Shown: positions 1 to 9,569, numbered from the stretch's first letter. The stretch: DNA of 64,000 nucleotides from Polyangiaceae bacterium (GCA_044222475.1 JBGANF010000002.1:64001-128000); one strand, 5' to 3'. Program-made: numbers and translations. Notes: generated by a model not told the origin, from the sequence alone.

Positions 1-1309
1 ACGCCTCGAAGTCCTTGCGGAACTTCTTCAAGAAACCGAGCGCGGGCATCGCGGTGCCCTCGCCGAAGGCGCAGATCGTGTTGCCCATGATGTTGTTCGC
101 GACGTCGTGGAGCTGATCGAGCTCGGCCATCGTCGCTTCGCCGTCGAGGATCTTGTCGACCGTGTGGAAGAGCCACGCGCTGCCTTCGCGGCAGGGCGTG
201 CACTGGCCGCACGACTCGTGACGGTAGAACTGCATCAGGTTCTGCATCGCGAGCACCGGACAGGTGCCCTCCGCCAGGACCGTGACGCAGCACGTGCCGA
301 GCATCGTGCCGACGCCGCGCATCGTGTCGACGCCGAGCGGAACGTCGAAGACGCTCTGCCCGTGCCACGGGTGCAGCGGGTTCTTCTCGTCCGGTGCGTC
401 GACGAGCTCCTCGGGGCGGAGCACCGGAGTCGACGAGCCGCCGGGGATGACGCACATGACCTTGCGGTCGCCGAGGACGCCGCCGCCGATCTCGTGGATG
501 AGCTCGTTGATGGTCGGACCGACCGCGAGCTCGACGACGCCCATGTTCTTCACGTGGCCGTTGACGCCGTAGAGGCGAACGCCGCCGTCACCGATCGAGT
601 GCAGCGCCGAGAGCTTCGAGAACGCGTCGCAGCCGATGCGGAACGCGGTGGGCACCGCGGCGATCGTCTCGAGGTTGTTCACCGTCGACGGGTTGCCGAA
701 CGCGCCGGCTTGCGCCGGGAACGGCGGCTTGAGCCGCGGCTCGCCGCGCTTGCCCTCGAGCGAGTTGAGGAGCGCCGTCTCTTCTCCGCAGATGTACGCG
801 CCCGCGCCGGTGTGGACGTACACCTCGATCGGGTAGTCTTTGCCGAAGGGCGTCTTGCCGAGGTAGCCCTTCTTCTTCGCCTCGGCGATGGCGCCCCAGA
901 GGCGGTCCTTCGACAGGTGCAGCTCGTCGCGGACGTAGATGTACGCGACGTGCGCGCCGATGCCGTAGCAGCCGATGATGCACCCCTCGATGACGGAGTG
1001 CGGGTTCAGCTCCATCAGCGTGCGATCCTTGTGAGTGCCCGGCTCGCCTTCGTCGGCGTTGATGACGAGGTACGCCTGCTTCGTCGGGTGGGGGCGCATG
1101 AAGCCCCACTTCACGCCCATCGGGAATCCGGCGCCGCCGCGACCGCGGATGTTCGCCTTCTTCGCTTCGTCGACGACTTGCTGCGTCGTCATCGTCGTGA
1201 GGACGGTGCGCGCGGTCTTGTAGCCTTCGAGCTCGCGCTCGTACGCGTCGAGCGACCAACCGTTGGGCTTGCCGTAGAGCTTGGTGAGGTAGTCGGTGCG
1301 CTTGATCAT
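1..1309 (-). CDS. nuoF: NADH-quinone oxidoreductase subunit F (3' end runs off the window)
   Basis: Manual translation from ATG at 1309 (MIKRTDYL...) gives RGRGGAGFP, NADEGEPGT, YICGEETAL, HESCGQCTPCREG and NTICAFG. The start overlaps the nuoE stop (TGATG). Missing from the ORF track because it is truncated. Confidence 0.96.
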   Translation of the reverse strand, partial: MIKRTDYLTKLYGKPNGWSLDAYERELEGYKTARTVLTTMTTQQVVDEAKKANIRGRGGAGFPMGVKWGFMRPHPTKQAYLVINADEGEPGTHKDRTLMELNPHSVIEGCIIGCYGIGAHVAYIYVRDELHLSKDRLWGAIAEAKKKGYLGKTPFGKDYPIEVYVHTGAGAYICGEETALLNSLEGKRGEPRLKPPFPAQAGAFGNPSTVNNLETIAAVPTAFRIGCDAFSKLSALHSIGDGGVRLYGVNGHVKNMGVVELAVGPTINELIHEIGGGVLGDRKVMCVIPGGSSTPVLRPEELVDAPDEKNPLHPWHGQSVFDVPLGVDTMRGVGTMLGTCCVTVLAEGTCPVLAMQNLMQFYRHESCGQCTPCREGSAWLFHTVDKILDGEATMAELDQLHDVANNIMGNTICAFGEGTAMPALGFLKKFRKDFEA

Positions 1310-1806
1310 CAGGGCCCAGCGCCTTTGGGCGCGTCTTGAAGTTTCTCGAGGATGGCGTCGACTTTTTCGAGCGTGAGGTTCTCGTGGTAGTCGCGATCGA
1401 CTTGCATCATCGGCGCGGTGCCGCAGCTCGCGAGGCACTCGGCGGTGCGCAGCGTGATCGCGCCGTCCGCGGTGGTCTCACCCGGCTTGATGCCGAGCTT
1501 CTTCTCGCAGTGATGGAGGATGCCGTCCGACCCGCGCAGCGCGCAGGGGAGCGTGCGGCACACCCACACCTGGTGGCGGCCGACGGGCTCGCGGTTGAAC
1601 AACGTGTAGAAGGTCACGACGCCCTGCACGTGCGCCGGCGGTACGTCGAGCCGATGGGCGACGAAGTGGACTACGTCCTCGCTGATCCAACCGTTCTGCT
1701 CTTGGCAGAGATGGAGCAACGGGATCGTGGCCGCCATCTTCGTCGGATAGCGCGTGAGGATTTCGGTGAGCTTCTGCTCGCGGTCGGCAGAGAGAGCAAA
1801 GGGCAT
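1309..1806 (-). CDS. nuoE: NADH-quinone oxidoreductase subunit E
   Basis: 2Fe-2S motifs CRTLPC and ECLASCGTAP, plus VVTFY. Start taken at ATG 1806 (MPFALS). Confidence 0.95.
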   Translation of the reverse strand: MPFALSADREQKLTEILTRYPTKMAATIPLLHLCQEQNGWISEDVVHFVAHRLDVPPAHVQGVVTFYTLFNREPVGRHQVWVCRTLPCALRGSDGILHHCEKKLGIKPGETTADGAITLRTAECLASCGTAPMMQVDRDYHENLTLEKVDAILEKLQDAPKGAGP

Positions 1807-1854
1807 TGGTTTCCGGCGCAAAATCGCGCAAATGAATCGCGAAATGCGCGGCGG

Positions 1855-1884
1855 ACGCTAGTGTCGAGGGTGCACGGGTGTCAA
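1855..1884 (-). promoter_or_regulatory. Putative sigma70 promoter of nuoEF
   Basis: Minus strand TTGACA (1884-1879) - 18 nt - TAGCGT (1860-1855). Confidence 0.45.
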
Positions 1885-1977
1885 GCGGTGGATCGCACCC
1901 GCGCACCTCTCTGCGCACCTTGACCTACACCCGGCGGATGCAGGGTATGCGTCGGCCAGCAATGCTTGCGCTCCAAC

Positions 1978-2076
1978 GTCAGGGGCTTCGCCCCCGACAC
2001 CCCCGGCGAGAATTTCGGAGCTCCACGGCTTCGCCGCGAAGCTCCTCAGTCGGGGGCCCGCCCCCGACGTCCCCGG
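1978..2076. repeat. REP-like palindromic element: two direct-repeat hairpins flanking a central hairpin
   Basis: GTCAGGGGCTTCGCCCCCGACACCCCCGG (1978-2006) and GTCGGGGGCCCGCCCCCGACGTCCCCGG (2049-2076). Central GGAGCT...CGGCTTCGCCG...AGCTCC at 2017-2045. Confidence 0.65.
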
Positions 2077-2096
2077 TCACCAGAGGGCAACAGCGC

Positions 2097-2696
2097 TCAG
2101 TGAACGTCGCCGCGAGAGATCCCGGTCGGGTAGATGCTCGAGTTGTACGCGCTGTACGGGATCGCGCGGTGATAGTGGTACGTGTGGCCCTGGATGTGGT
2201 GATGCTCGCGCCCCGCGCCGGGCGGCGCGATCGCGGGCGACTTCTCGATGCCGGAGTAGTCCTTCGCGCGCGCCACGAGCACCGAGCACGGAGCCATCCG
2301 AAACACTTGCGAGGCGACCGATCCGAGCACGAGCCGCTCGACGCCTTTTCGCCCGTGCGTACCGAGGAGGAGCAGATCCGCTTCGAGATCGGCGGCGACC
2401 TGCACCAAGGCTTCCGCGGTGCGTCCCAGCGCCACCGTCAAGCGCATGCGGGGCACACGGGGGTCCTCGATCGTCACCCGCCTCGAAAGCCACGTCTGCA
2501 TGTTCGAGTGCGCGTCCTCCAGCATGCGGCTCGCGACCGACGGGTTGTTCCGCACCGCAGCCTCGCTCCCAGCGACGACGTGCACGAAGTGCACTTCGGT
2601 CTGCGTCGACTGGAGAAACGTCTCGGCGAGCTTCCAAACCTCTTCGGCCGTCGGGTCGAGCTCGATGGCGGCGACGATGATCTGCTTAGTGGACAT
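2097..2696 (-). CDS. Universal stress protein with His-rich C-terminal tail
   Basis: ADLLLLGTHGRKGVERLVLGSVA...APCSVLVAR. SD AAGGAGGA upstream of ATG 2696. Confidence 0.9.
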   Translation of the reverse strand: MSTKQIIVAAIELDPTAEEVWKLAETFLQSTQTEVHFVHVVAGSEAAVRNNPSVASRMLEDAHSNMQTWLSRRVTIEDPRVPRMRLTVALGRTAEALVQVAADLEADLLLLGTHGRKGVERLVLGSVASQVFRMAPCSVLVARAKDYSGIEKSPAIAPPGAGREHHHIQGHTYHYHRAIPYSAYNSSIYPTGISRGDVH

Positions 2697-2727
2697 GGGA
2701 AGGATCCTCCTTGGCTGACCAGGGTAC

Positions 2728-2743
2728 TGCACGCATCGTGCCG
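2728..2743 (-). promoter_or_regulatory. Putative sigma54 (-24/-12) promoter of the USP gene
   Basis: Minus strand CGGCACGATGCGTGCA = GG-N10-GC, close to consensus TGGCACG-N4-TTGCW, about 30 nt before the start. Confidence 0.45.
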
Positions 2744-2831
2744 TGGGTCATGGCGAACGTCGAACCTGCGCGGATTGTCCTTGAGACGTTTCGAAGTTGG
2801 GAAGTATGCTCCGCCGCTGCGGAGGTAGCGA

Positions 2832-4079
2832 GTGTTCTGTCCCAACTGCGGCACGCAAAACCCGGACGCGGCCATCACGTGCACCAAGTGCAACTTCAAC
2901 TTGAAGGGCGCCGCTGCGCCGAAGTTCAAGGGCACCATGCTGATGATGAACCAACAGGCTGCGCCCGGCGCGCCTCCTGCTGGCCCCGGCGCTCCTCCGC
3001 CTCCTGCTCCGCCCGGCGCAGCGCCTGGTGCGCCAGCAGGTCCCGTCTCCGGTCCGCCGCGCCCCGCCGGTCCGCCGAGCAAGCTCAAGGGCACGATGGT
3101 CGGCGTCGCACCGCCGAGCATGGGCTCGGCACCGAAGCCGCCGGAAGCTCCGCCCGCTGCTGCGCCTCCGCCCGCCGCTCCGCCCGGCACTCAAATGATG
3201 GGCGCGTTTCCGCCGCCCGCTGCGGCGCCGCCCGCGGCTGCGCCGCCGCCCGCTGCGGCGCCTCCGCAGCAAGCGTTCGGACAGCAAGGCGTCAACCCGC
3301 TCGGCGGCACGATGGTCGCGGGCGACAACAACCTCGCCGCCTACGGGATCGGACCCGCCGCCGGTGCACCTCCGCCGGCAGCCGCTCCTGCGCCGGGCGG
3401 CTTCGGCGAGCAGCCTCCGCCTGGCGGCGGCTTCGGTGGTCCGCCTCCGGGCGCTCCTCCGCCCGGCGCGCCTGGCTTCGGTGATCCGAACGCGGGCGCG
3501 CCTGCGCCTGGTGGCTTCGGTGGCCCGCCTCCCGGCGGTCCGCCGCCCGGTGGATTCGATCCGAACGCGCCGCCTCCGGGTGGTGGCTTCGGCGCTGCGC
3601 CCGGCGGTCCGCCGCCTGGCGGATACGGTGGTCCGCCTCCCGGCGCGCCTCCTGGTGGATTCGGTGGTGCGCCGCCTCCCGGCGCGCCTCCTGGTGGATT
3701 CGGTGGTCCGCCTCCCGGAGGTCCGCCTCCCGGCGGCTTCGATCCGAACGCGCCGCCGCCCGGTGGGTATCCCGGTGGTCCGCCCGGTGGTCCGCCGCCC
3801 GGTGGTCCGATGCAGCCGTACCAAGGTGGGATGCAGCCGATGGGGCAACCTGGCGCGATGGCCGCTCCGGGCGACGGCAAGCCGTGGATGATGACGCTGC
3901 TGCTCTGCCTGTTCGCGGGCAGCTTCGGCGTGCACAGCTTCTACGTCGGCAAGATCGGCATCGGCATCGCGCAGCTGCTCACGTTCGGCGGCTGCGGCAT
4001 CTGGACGCTGATCGACCTCATCATGATCATCACGGGCAAGTACACCGACGGCCAAGGCCGTCCGCTCGTGAAGACCTGA
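2832..4079 (+). CDS. Zinc-ribbon / Pro-Gly-rich / TM2 (NINE) domain membrane protein
   Basis: N-terminal CPNCG...CTKC, long P/G linker, C-terminal [35 protein letters not shown] (TM2 signature). Confidence 0.9.
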   Translation: MFCPNCGTQNPDAAITCTKCNFNLKGAAAPKFKGTMLMMNQQAAPGAPPAGPGAPPPPAPPGAAPGAPAGPVSGPPRPAGPPSKLKGTMVGVAPPSMGSAPKPPEAPPAAAPPPAAPPGTQMMGAFPPPAAAPPAAAPPPAAAPPQQAFGQQGVNPLGGTMVAGDNNLAAYGIGPAAGAPPPAAAPAPGGFGEQPPPGGGFGGPPPGAPPPGAPGFGDPNAGAPAPGGFGGPPPGGPPPGGFDPNAPPPGGGFGAAPGGPPPGGYGGPPPGAPPGGFGGAPPPGAPPGGFGGPPPGGPPPGGFDPNAPPPGGYPGGPPGGPPPGGPMQPYQGGMQPMGQPGAMAAPGDGKPWMMTLLLCLFAGSFGVHSFYVGKIGIGIAQLLTFGGCGIWTLIDLIMIITGKYTDGQGRPLVKT

Positions 4080-4113
4080 GAAAAAAGACGAATTCGAAGT
4101 TCGTCTTTTTCTC
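4079..4113. terminator. Bidirectional intrinsic terminator
   Basis: AGAAAAAAGACGAA-TTCGAAG-TTCGTCTTTTTCT: stem with A-tract and T-tract between convergent genes. Confidence 0.8.
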
Positions 4114-4114
4114 A

Positions 4115-4504
4115 CTAGAGCGGGACCTTTCCTCCGAAGGCTCCGCAAAAGCGCGCGATCCACACGGCGAAGAGGAGCACGCACAGCACGAACCCGCTCA
4201 CCCGCGCCGCGCGGTGGCGGAGGAACGTCCCGATCTCGCCGCGCGCGACCCACGCGCGCGTCTCGGTGATCGCGAGCAACGCGACGTACGGCACCACGAA
4301 GAAGACGAGCGGGTGCGCCGCCCACGCCGCCGCGAAGTGAAGGTGAAGGAGCTCGCGCACCGCGCGCGTGATCCCGCACGTGGGGCAGGGCTCGTGGGTG
4401 ACGATGCCGATCGGACAGCGGTAGATGGGGAAGGCGACGATCGTCGCGAGCGCCGCGCCCGCTGCGAGCGGGACGAGCGCGCGGGCGAGCCAGCCCTCCT
4501 TCAT
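4115..4504 (-). CDS. DUF2752-like membrane protein
   Basis: CPIGIVTHEPCPTCGITRA...AHPL motif with hydrophobic segments. Start overlaps the ychF stop. Confidence 0.85.
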   Translation of the reverse strand: MKEGWLARALVPLAAGAALATIVAFPIYRCPIGIVTHEPCPTCGITRAVRELLHLHFAAAWAAHPLVFFVVPYVALLAITETRAWVARGEIGTFLRHRAARVSGFVLCVLLFAVWIARFCGAFGGKVPL

Positions 4505-5610
4505 CACACGTTGAACTTGAAGTGCACGACGTCACCGTCGCGCATCACGTACTCCTTGCCTTCCATGCTCATCTTGCCGGCGTCGCGGCACTTCGCTTCG
4601 CCGCCGAGCTTCACGAAGTCCTCCCACCAGATGACCTCGGCCTTGATGAAGCCGCGCTCGAAGTCGGTGTGGATGACGCCGGCCGCCTGCGGGGCGCGCG
4701 CGCCGCGGAACGTGGTCCACGCGCGCACCTCGACCTTGCCGGCGGTGAAGAAGGTGAGGAGATCGAGAATCTTGTATCCTGCACGGATCACGCCGTAGAG
4801 CCCTGGCTCCTTGAGACCGGCGGCCTCGAGGAAATCCGGGCGGTCCTTGGGATCGAGCTGGGCGATCTGCTCTTCGAGCGCGGCGCACACGGGCACCACC
4901 GGAGCGCCTTCGGCGTCGGCGTGCTTCTTGAGCGCCATGTAGTGCTTGTTCGCTTCGAGGTTCGAGAGCGACGCCTCGTCGACGTTGGCGACGTAGAACG
5001 CCGGCTTGCCGGTGAGGAGGAACATCTCCTTGAAGATCGCCTGCGCCTCGGTGCTGTCGGGCAGCTTGAAGAGGCGCGCTGGTTTGCCCTCGTCGAGGTG
5101 CTTCGCGAGCGGCTCGCACATCTCCATCGCGAGCTTCTCGATCGGCGAGTTCGCTTTGATCATCTTGCGCGCGCGCTCGAGGCGCTTCTGCACCGTCTCG
5201 AGATCCTTGAGGCAGAGCTCGGTGGTGACCGTCGCGATGTCGCCGACGGGATCGACTCGGTTCTCGACGTGGATGACGTTCGGATCCTCGAAGCAGCGCG
5301 CGACCTGGACGATCGCGCTGACCTCGCGGATGTGCGAGAGGAACTGGTTGCCGAGTCCTTCGCCCTTGCTCGCGCCGCGCACGAGGCCGGCGATGTCGAC
5401 GAACTCGATCGCGGTGGGGACGATCTTCTCGGCGTGGACCACCGTGTCGAGCGCGGCCAGGCGATCGTCGGGGACCATGACGACGCCGACGTTCGGCTCG
5501 ATGGTGCAGAACGGGTAGTTCGCCGCTTCGGCCTTGGCCGACGAGAGCGAGTTGAAGAGCGTGGATTTGCCGACGTTCGGCAGCCCGACGATACCGACGG
5601 AGAGGGCCAT
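4504..5610 (-). CDS. ychF: Redox-regulated ATPase YchF
   Basis: GLPNVGKST, ANYPFCTIEPN, DIAGLV, GEGLGNQFL, C-terminal GDVVHFKFNV. Confidence 0.98.
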   Translation of the reverse strand: MALSVGIVGLPNVGKSTLFNSLSSAKAEAANYPFCTIEPNVGVVMVPDDRLAALDTVVHAEKIVPTAIEFVDIAGLVRGASKGEGLGNQFLSHIREVSAIVQVARCFEDPNVIHVENRVDPVGDIATVTTELCLKDLETVQKRLERARKMIKANSPIEKLAMEMCEPLAKHLDEGKPARLFKLPDSTEAQAIFKEMFLLTGKPAFYVANVDEASLSNLEANKHYMALKKHADAEGAPVVPVCAALEEQIAQLDPKDRPDFLEAAGLKEPGLYGVIRAGYKILDLLTFFTAGKVEVRAWTTFRGARAPQAAGVIHTDFERGFIKAEVIWWEDFVKLGGEAKCRDAGKMSMEGKEYVMRDGDVVHFKFNV

Positions 5611-5674
5611 TTCGGGGCGGTGTGTAGCACGCTTTTTCGCGGTGCGTAGCGAAGCAGGCTACGATCCAACCATC

Positions 5675-6877
5675 GTGGAACGCGCCCTCGCCGACCGGAC
5701 CGTCGTCCTCGCCGTCACCGGCAGCATCGCGGCGTACAAGGCGGCGCTCGTCGCGCGCCTCCTGGTGAAGGCGGGGGCGAAGGTGCTCCCGGTCATGACC
5801 GCGTCGGCCCGCGAGTTCCTCGGGCCGGCGACCCTGTCGGGCATCACCGGTCACCCCGTGCGCACGGACATGTGGGACCCGTCGTTCCCGGGCGAGATGC
5901 ACGTCGCGCTCGCGGCCGAGGCCGACGCGATCCTCGTCGTCCCGGCGACCGCCGATTTCCTCGCGCGCATGGTGCACGGGCGCGCGAACGACCTCGTGGC
6001 CGCGCTCGTGCTCGTGGCGAAGAGCCCGGTGCTCGTCGCGCCGGCGATGCACCCGCGCATGTGGCTCCACCCGGCGACCCAGCGCAACGTCGCGACGCTC
6101 CGCGCGGACGGCGGGGTGACGGTGCTCGGTCCCGACTCGGGCGAGGTGGCCTCGGGTGACGAGGGGCCGGGACGCATGGTCGCGCCCGAGGTCGTCTACG
6201 ACGCCACCGTGTCCGCGTTGACGCCAAAGGATCTCGTCGGGCGCCGCATCGTCGTCACCGCCGGACCCACCGTCGAGGATCTCGATCCGGTGCGCTTCCT
6301 CGGCAACCGCTCGACCGGCCGCATGGGCTTCGCGATCGCGGCGCGCGCCGCCGCCCGCGGCGCGGAGACGACCGTCGTCGCCGGTCCGGTCACCGTGCCG
6401 ACGCCGTGGGGCGTGCGCCGCGTGGACGTGCGGGGCGCGCTCGACATGCAGCGCGCCCTCGACGAGGTGATCGCGAGCGGCGTCGACGCCGTCGTGATGA
6501 CGGCGGCCGTCGCCGACTACCGCCCGGCGACCACGAGCGCGATCAAGATCAAGAAGCAGGGCGACGCGGAGAGCCTCGCGCTCGCGAAGAACCCGGATCT
6601 GATCGCCGAGATCGGGAAGAAGCGCAGCGGGAGCACGCCGGTCCTCGTCGCGTTCGCGCTCGAAACCGGCGACCACGCCCACGTCGTCTCCGAGGCGCGA
6701 CGGAAGCTCGCGGCCAAGAAGGTGGACTTCGTCGTCGCCAACGAGGCGGGGACGGCGTTCGGCGGCGACGAGAACGAGATTACCTTCGTCATCGGCGAGC
6801 GCGAAGAGCGGCTACCGCGCGGCTCGAAGACCGAGCTGGCCGATGCGATCCTCGATCGAGTGGGGCTGCTTCTCTAG
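5675..6877 (+). CDS. coaBC: Bifunctional phosphopantothenoylcysteine decarboxylase/synthase
   Basis: TGSIAAYK, PAMHPRMW, TAGPTVEDLDPVRFLGNRSTGRMG, AAVADY, KNPDLI. Start taken at GTG 5675. Confidence 0.96.
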   Translation: MERALADRTVVLAVTGSIAAYKAALVARLLVKAGAKVLPVMTASAREFLGPATLSGITGHPVRTDMWDPSFPGEMHVALAAEADAILVVPATADFLARMVHGRANDLVAALVLVAKSPVLVAPAMHPRMWLHPATQRNVATLRADGGVTVLGPDSGEVASGDEGPGRMVAPEVVYDATVSALTPKDLVGRRIVVTAGPTVEDLDPVRFLGNRSTGRMGFAIAARAAARGAETTVVAGPVTVPTPWGVRRVDVRGALDMQRALDEVIASGVDAVVMTAAVADYRPATTSAIKIKKQGDAESLALAKNPDLIAEIGKKRSGSTPVLVAFALETGDHAHVVSEARRKLAAKKVDFVVANEAGTAFGGDENEITFVIGEREERLPRGSKTELADAILDRVGLLL

Positions 6878-6906
6878 AGCGTCGGTCCAGTCGTACCCAA
6901 TTGGGA

Positions 6907-8571
6907 CTACTTGGGCTGCGGCGGCACGTACGTGTCGGTCAGCGTCGCGAGGTTCTCTCCCGCGGGGTACCCGTACGAGACGTAGCCGGTGTTCTTCTTG
7001 GTCTCCGGCGTGCCCCAGCCCCACACGGTGAGCCCGAACGGCGCGGCCGACTTCATCTCGTGCACGCCGTTGTCGCAGCTTCCCTGAGCCTGGAAATCGT
7101 GCCGCGAGAGATCGACGTGGGCGACCTCCCACGCGCTCCCGAGGGGCTTCCACGCGTCGATCGTGCCGTAGCAGTCGAGGCTGACGGGCGGTCCACCAAC
7201 TTTGCGCGTCACGACGAGATCGGTCTCGGGGTAGGTCGGATCGGTGAAGAACACGTACCGATCGAGGAACTGCGCCGTCGGCACGGCGCGCACGAAGTCC
7301 GCGTCGCCGTAGCCGCCGTTGTCGACCATGTCGGCGCCGGTCATGTAGCCGACGAGGAGGAACGGGTGATCCTTGTCCTGGCTCTTCACCCGGAACGCGC
7401 CGTTGCGGGTGAACTCCGCGACCTGACCGGCCGCGAGCGTGCTCGGCCCCTCGCCCGGCGGATCGTAGGAGAGCTTGGTTCCGTCGACGACGCCGACGAT
7501 GCGCCACGGGACGTCCTCGATCTTGCTCGTGCGCTGGCGGTACGGCGCGCCGAGGTACTCGCTGCCCATCGCGCGGATGTGCGGGATCTGCTGCTCGCCG
7601 TGGTCGCAGTAGCCGATGTTCCTCGGCACGTTCATGCACGGCATGCCGGCGAAGAGCGAGATCGGTTTGTTCGACTCGATGGGGCTCCCGGTGAGCTCCA
7701 GCGTCTGGGTGATCTGCAGCGTCTGACCGCGATCGAGATCGTAGGTCCGCGGGACGTTGGCCTTGCCGCCTTGGAGCGCCGCGCTCGAGAGGATGTCGAC
7801 CTTCGGCAGGATCGTGACCTTCGTGCCGTCTTCCTGCGCGACGATGTCGAGCGAGGTCTTGCCGTTGCCTTGGAGGTCGCCGGCGCCGTACGCATCGACC
7901 GCGACCAGGTTCGTCCCCCACGCGCTCGTCGGGATGAGGAGCGTCGCTCCCGTGACGGCGGCGGACCCGCCGCCGTAGGGGAGCATCTGGTACGCGACGA
8001 CCGGGTGATCGGTGCGGATGCGGAACGCGCGACCGAAGCCGCTTCCGATGATCTGGGTGAGCGCCGAGAGGGCCGGCTTCACCGGGCACTTCACCGGCTC
8101 CTTGAACCCGGTGTTGGCGTTGCCGATCGACGGCGTGTCGCCCGGCTCGGGCGGGCCGGCGAGGAACACGATCGCGACCTGCCCCGGTGGAACGCCGGCG
8201 CTGGGATCGTAGTCGCCGTAGGTCAGGCTCGTGCCGCTCCCGGAAGGCAGCTTCACGTGCGCCGCGAGGTCGATCGGCGCACCCCCGAAGGACGCCTCGA
8301 TGCGCGTCGACTGGCTCGACGTGTTGGCGACGAACGCGACGAAGCACCCGTTCTGGGCGCCGTTCGAGCCGTCCATGTGGACCGCGTAGTAGTCGCACGC
8401 GACCGAGGACTTCTTGTCCGCGGCCTCGCGGCACGACGGCGTGTCGAAGCCGTCCAACGCCGGGACGCCGCCGTCGCCGCCGAGTGGGTCGATCGCTCCG
8501 TCGTCGTGACCACGAGCGCAGGCGAGGGCGAGTGCGACGAAGGTACCGAGGAGGAAGATTCGTTTCGTCAT
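6907..8571 (-). CDS. IgGFc-binding-like domain lipoprotein
   Basis: Lipobox LALAC; ATLLIPTSAWG, CDHGEQQIP, FVRAVPTAQFLDRYVFFTD, VSYGYPAG, typical of this myxobacterial family. Confidence 0.8.
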   Translation of the reverse strand: MTKRIFLLGTFVALALACARGHDDGAIDPLGGDGGVPALDGFDTPSCREAADKKSSVACDYYAVHMDGSNGAQNGCFVAFVANTSSQSTRIEASFGGAPIDLAAHVKLPSGSGTSLTYGDYDPSAGVPPGQVAIVFLAGPPEPGDTPSIGNANTGFKEPVKCPVKPALSALTQIIGSGFGRAFRIRTDHPVVAYQMLPYGGGSAAVTGATLLIPTSAWGTNLVAVDAYGAGDLQGNGKTSLDIVAQEDGTKVTILPKVDILSSAALQGGKANVPRTYDLDRGQTLQITQTLELTGSPIESNKPISLFAGMPCMNVPRNIGYCDHGEQQIPHIRAMGSEYLGAPYRQRTSKIEDVPWRIVGVVDGTKLSYDPPGEGPSTLAAGQVAEFTRNGAFRVKSQDKDHPFLLVGYMTGADMVDNGGYGDADFVRAVPTAQFLDRYVFFTDPTYPETDLVVTRKVGGPPVSLDCYGTIDAWKPLGSAWEVAHVDLSRHDFQAQGSCDNGVHEMKSAAPFGLTVWGWGTPETKKNTGYVSYGYPAGENLATLTDTYVPPQPK

Positions 8572-8734
8572 GCGCGAGAGGGTGCCGTCGCGCGCTCGCA
8601 CTCGCACCTAAAACGACCTGAAATGGGGCGCGCGGAAACGGCGCCGCGCTCGGCGTCCGCGCGCGCGGTTTCAGGGGCTTTTAGTTGGCGCAGGCCGGCG
8701 CGTCGCGCACCGTGGGGCGAAGAGGTGAGCGCAC

Positions 8735-9556
8735 ATGAAGATCTCCTTGGTTCGCTTTTGGGCAATCTCGTTCGCGAGCAGCACGCTCGTCGCGTGCGCG
8801 ATCGGCAGCAGCGAGCTCCCGGTCGACTCCGCGTACACTCCGCTCTCGTTCTGCGAGGCGCGGGCGGCGGCGGAGTGCGCTCCCGAGGTGGTCAAGCACT
8901 GCGGCGTCGGCAAGCGGGAGGACTGCCTGCGTGCGCGGACCGAAGACTGCGTCGGGCGTGCTCCGCAGGCGGCGCGGGTGCGCGGGACGATCGCGAAGTC
9001 GTGCGTGACGCGGACGAGCGCGGCGTACGTGGACGCGAAGCTCACCACCGACGAGCTGCGCGCGGTCGCCGAGGAGTGCGACTCCGCGTGGTCGGGGACC
9101 GGCGAGGTGAAGGCGGCGTGCGCGGTCGACTCCGACTGCGACACCGACGCCGGCCTGCGATGCATCACTCCGCTCGGTCGGCCGGACGAGGTCAAAGGCA
9201 CGTGTCTCCGACCGCACCGCGTGCTCGCAGGCGACTCGTGCAGCGGCCCGGCCGACGTGTGCGATCCGGACAGCTACTGCGACTCGCAGTCGTCGACGTG
9301 CGTCGTCCGACGCATCGAAGGGCAGGGGTGCCACGAGTGGCTCGCGCCGTGCGTCGCCGGTCTGACGTGCCCGGGATCGACGATGCCCTTCTCGAGCGCG
9401 AAGTGCACTCCGCGGCGCGCGGCCGGCACGGCGTGCTCGAAGGACTCGGAGTGCGCCGACGACATCTGCCTCCGCGTCGCGAAGACCACCGACGGGACGT
9501 GCGTCGCCGAGGTCACGCTGTCGCCGATCGACTCGATCTGCGCGACGTTCAAGTAG
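8735..9556 (+). CDS. Cys-rich lipoprotein, function unknown
   Basis: Lipobox LVAC; repeated C-x(2)-DSDC / C-x(2)-DSEC modules. Confidence 0.75.
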   Translation: MKISLVRFWAISFASSTLVACAIGSSELPVDSAYTPLSFCEARAAAECAPEVVKHCGVGKREDCLRARTEDCVGRAPQAARVRGTIAKSCVTRTSAAYVDAKLTTDELRAVAEECDSAWSGTGEVKAACAVDSDCDTDAGLRCITPLGRPDEVKGTCLRPHRVLAGDSCSGPADVCDPDSYCDSQSSTCVVRRIEGQGCHEWLAPCVAGLTCPGSTMPFSSAKCTPRRAAGTACSKDSECADDICLRVAKTTDGTCVAEVTLSPIDSICATFK

Positions 9557-9569
9557 GACGCCATTTGCA

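Noticed and set aside
107..1339. Long plus-strand ORF opposite nuoF, and many similar shadow ORFs (e.g. 6406-9720, 19085-23419, 23516-26344, 57250-58839)
   Set aside because: Antisense or alternative-frame ORFs expected from high GC3; Arg/Ala-rich, without motifs, and overlapping well-supported genes.
3380..3810. DNA tandem repeat array
   Set aside because: Explained by the Pro/Gly peptide repeats of the TM2 protein.
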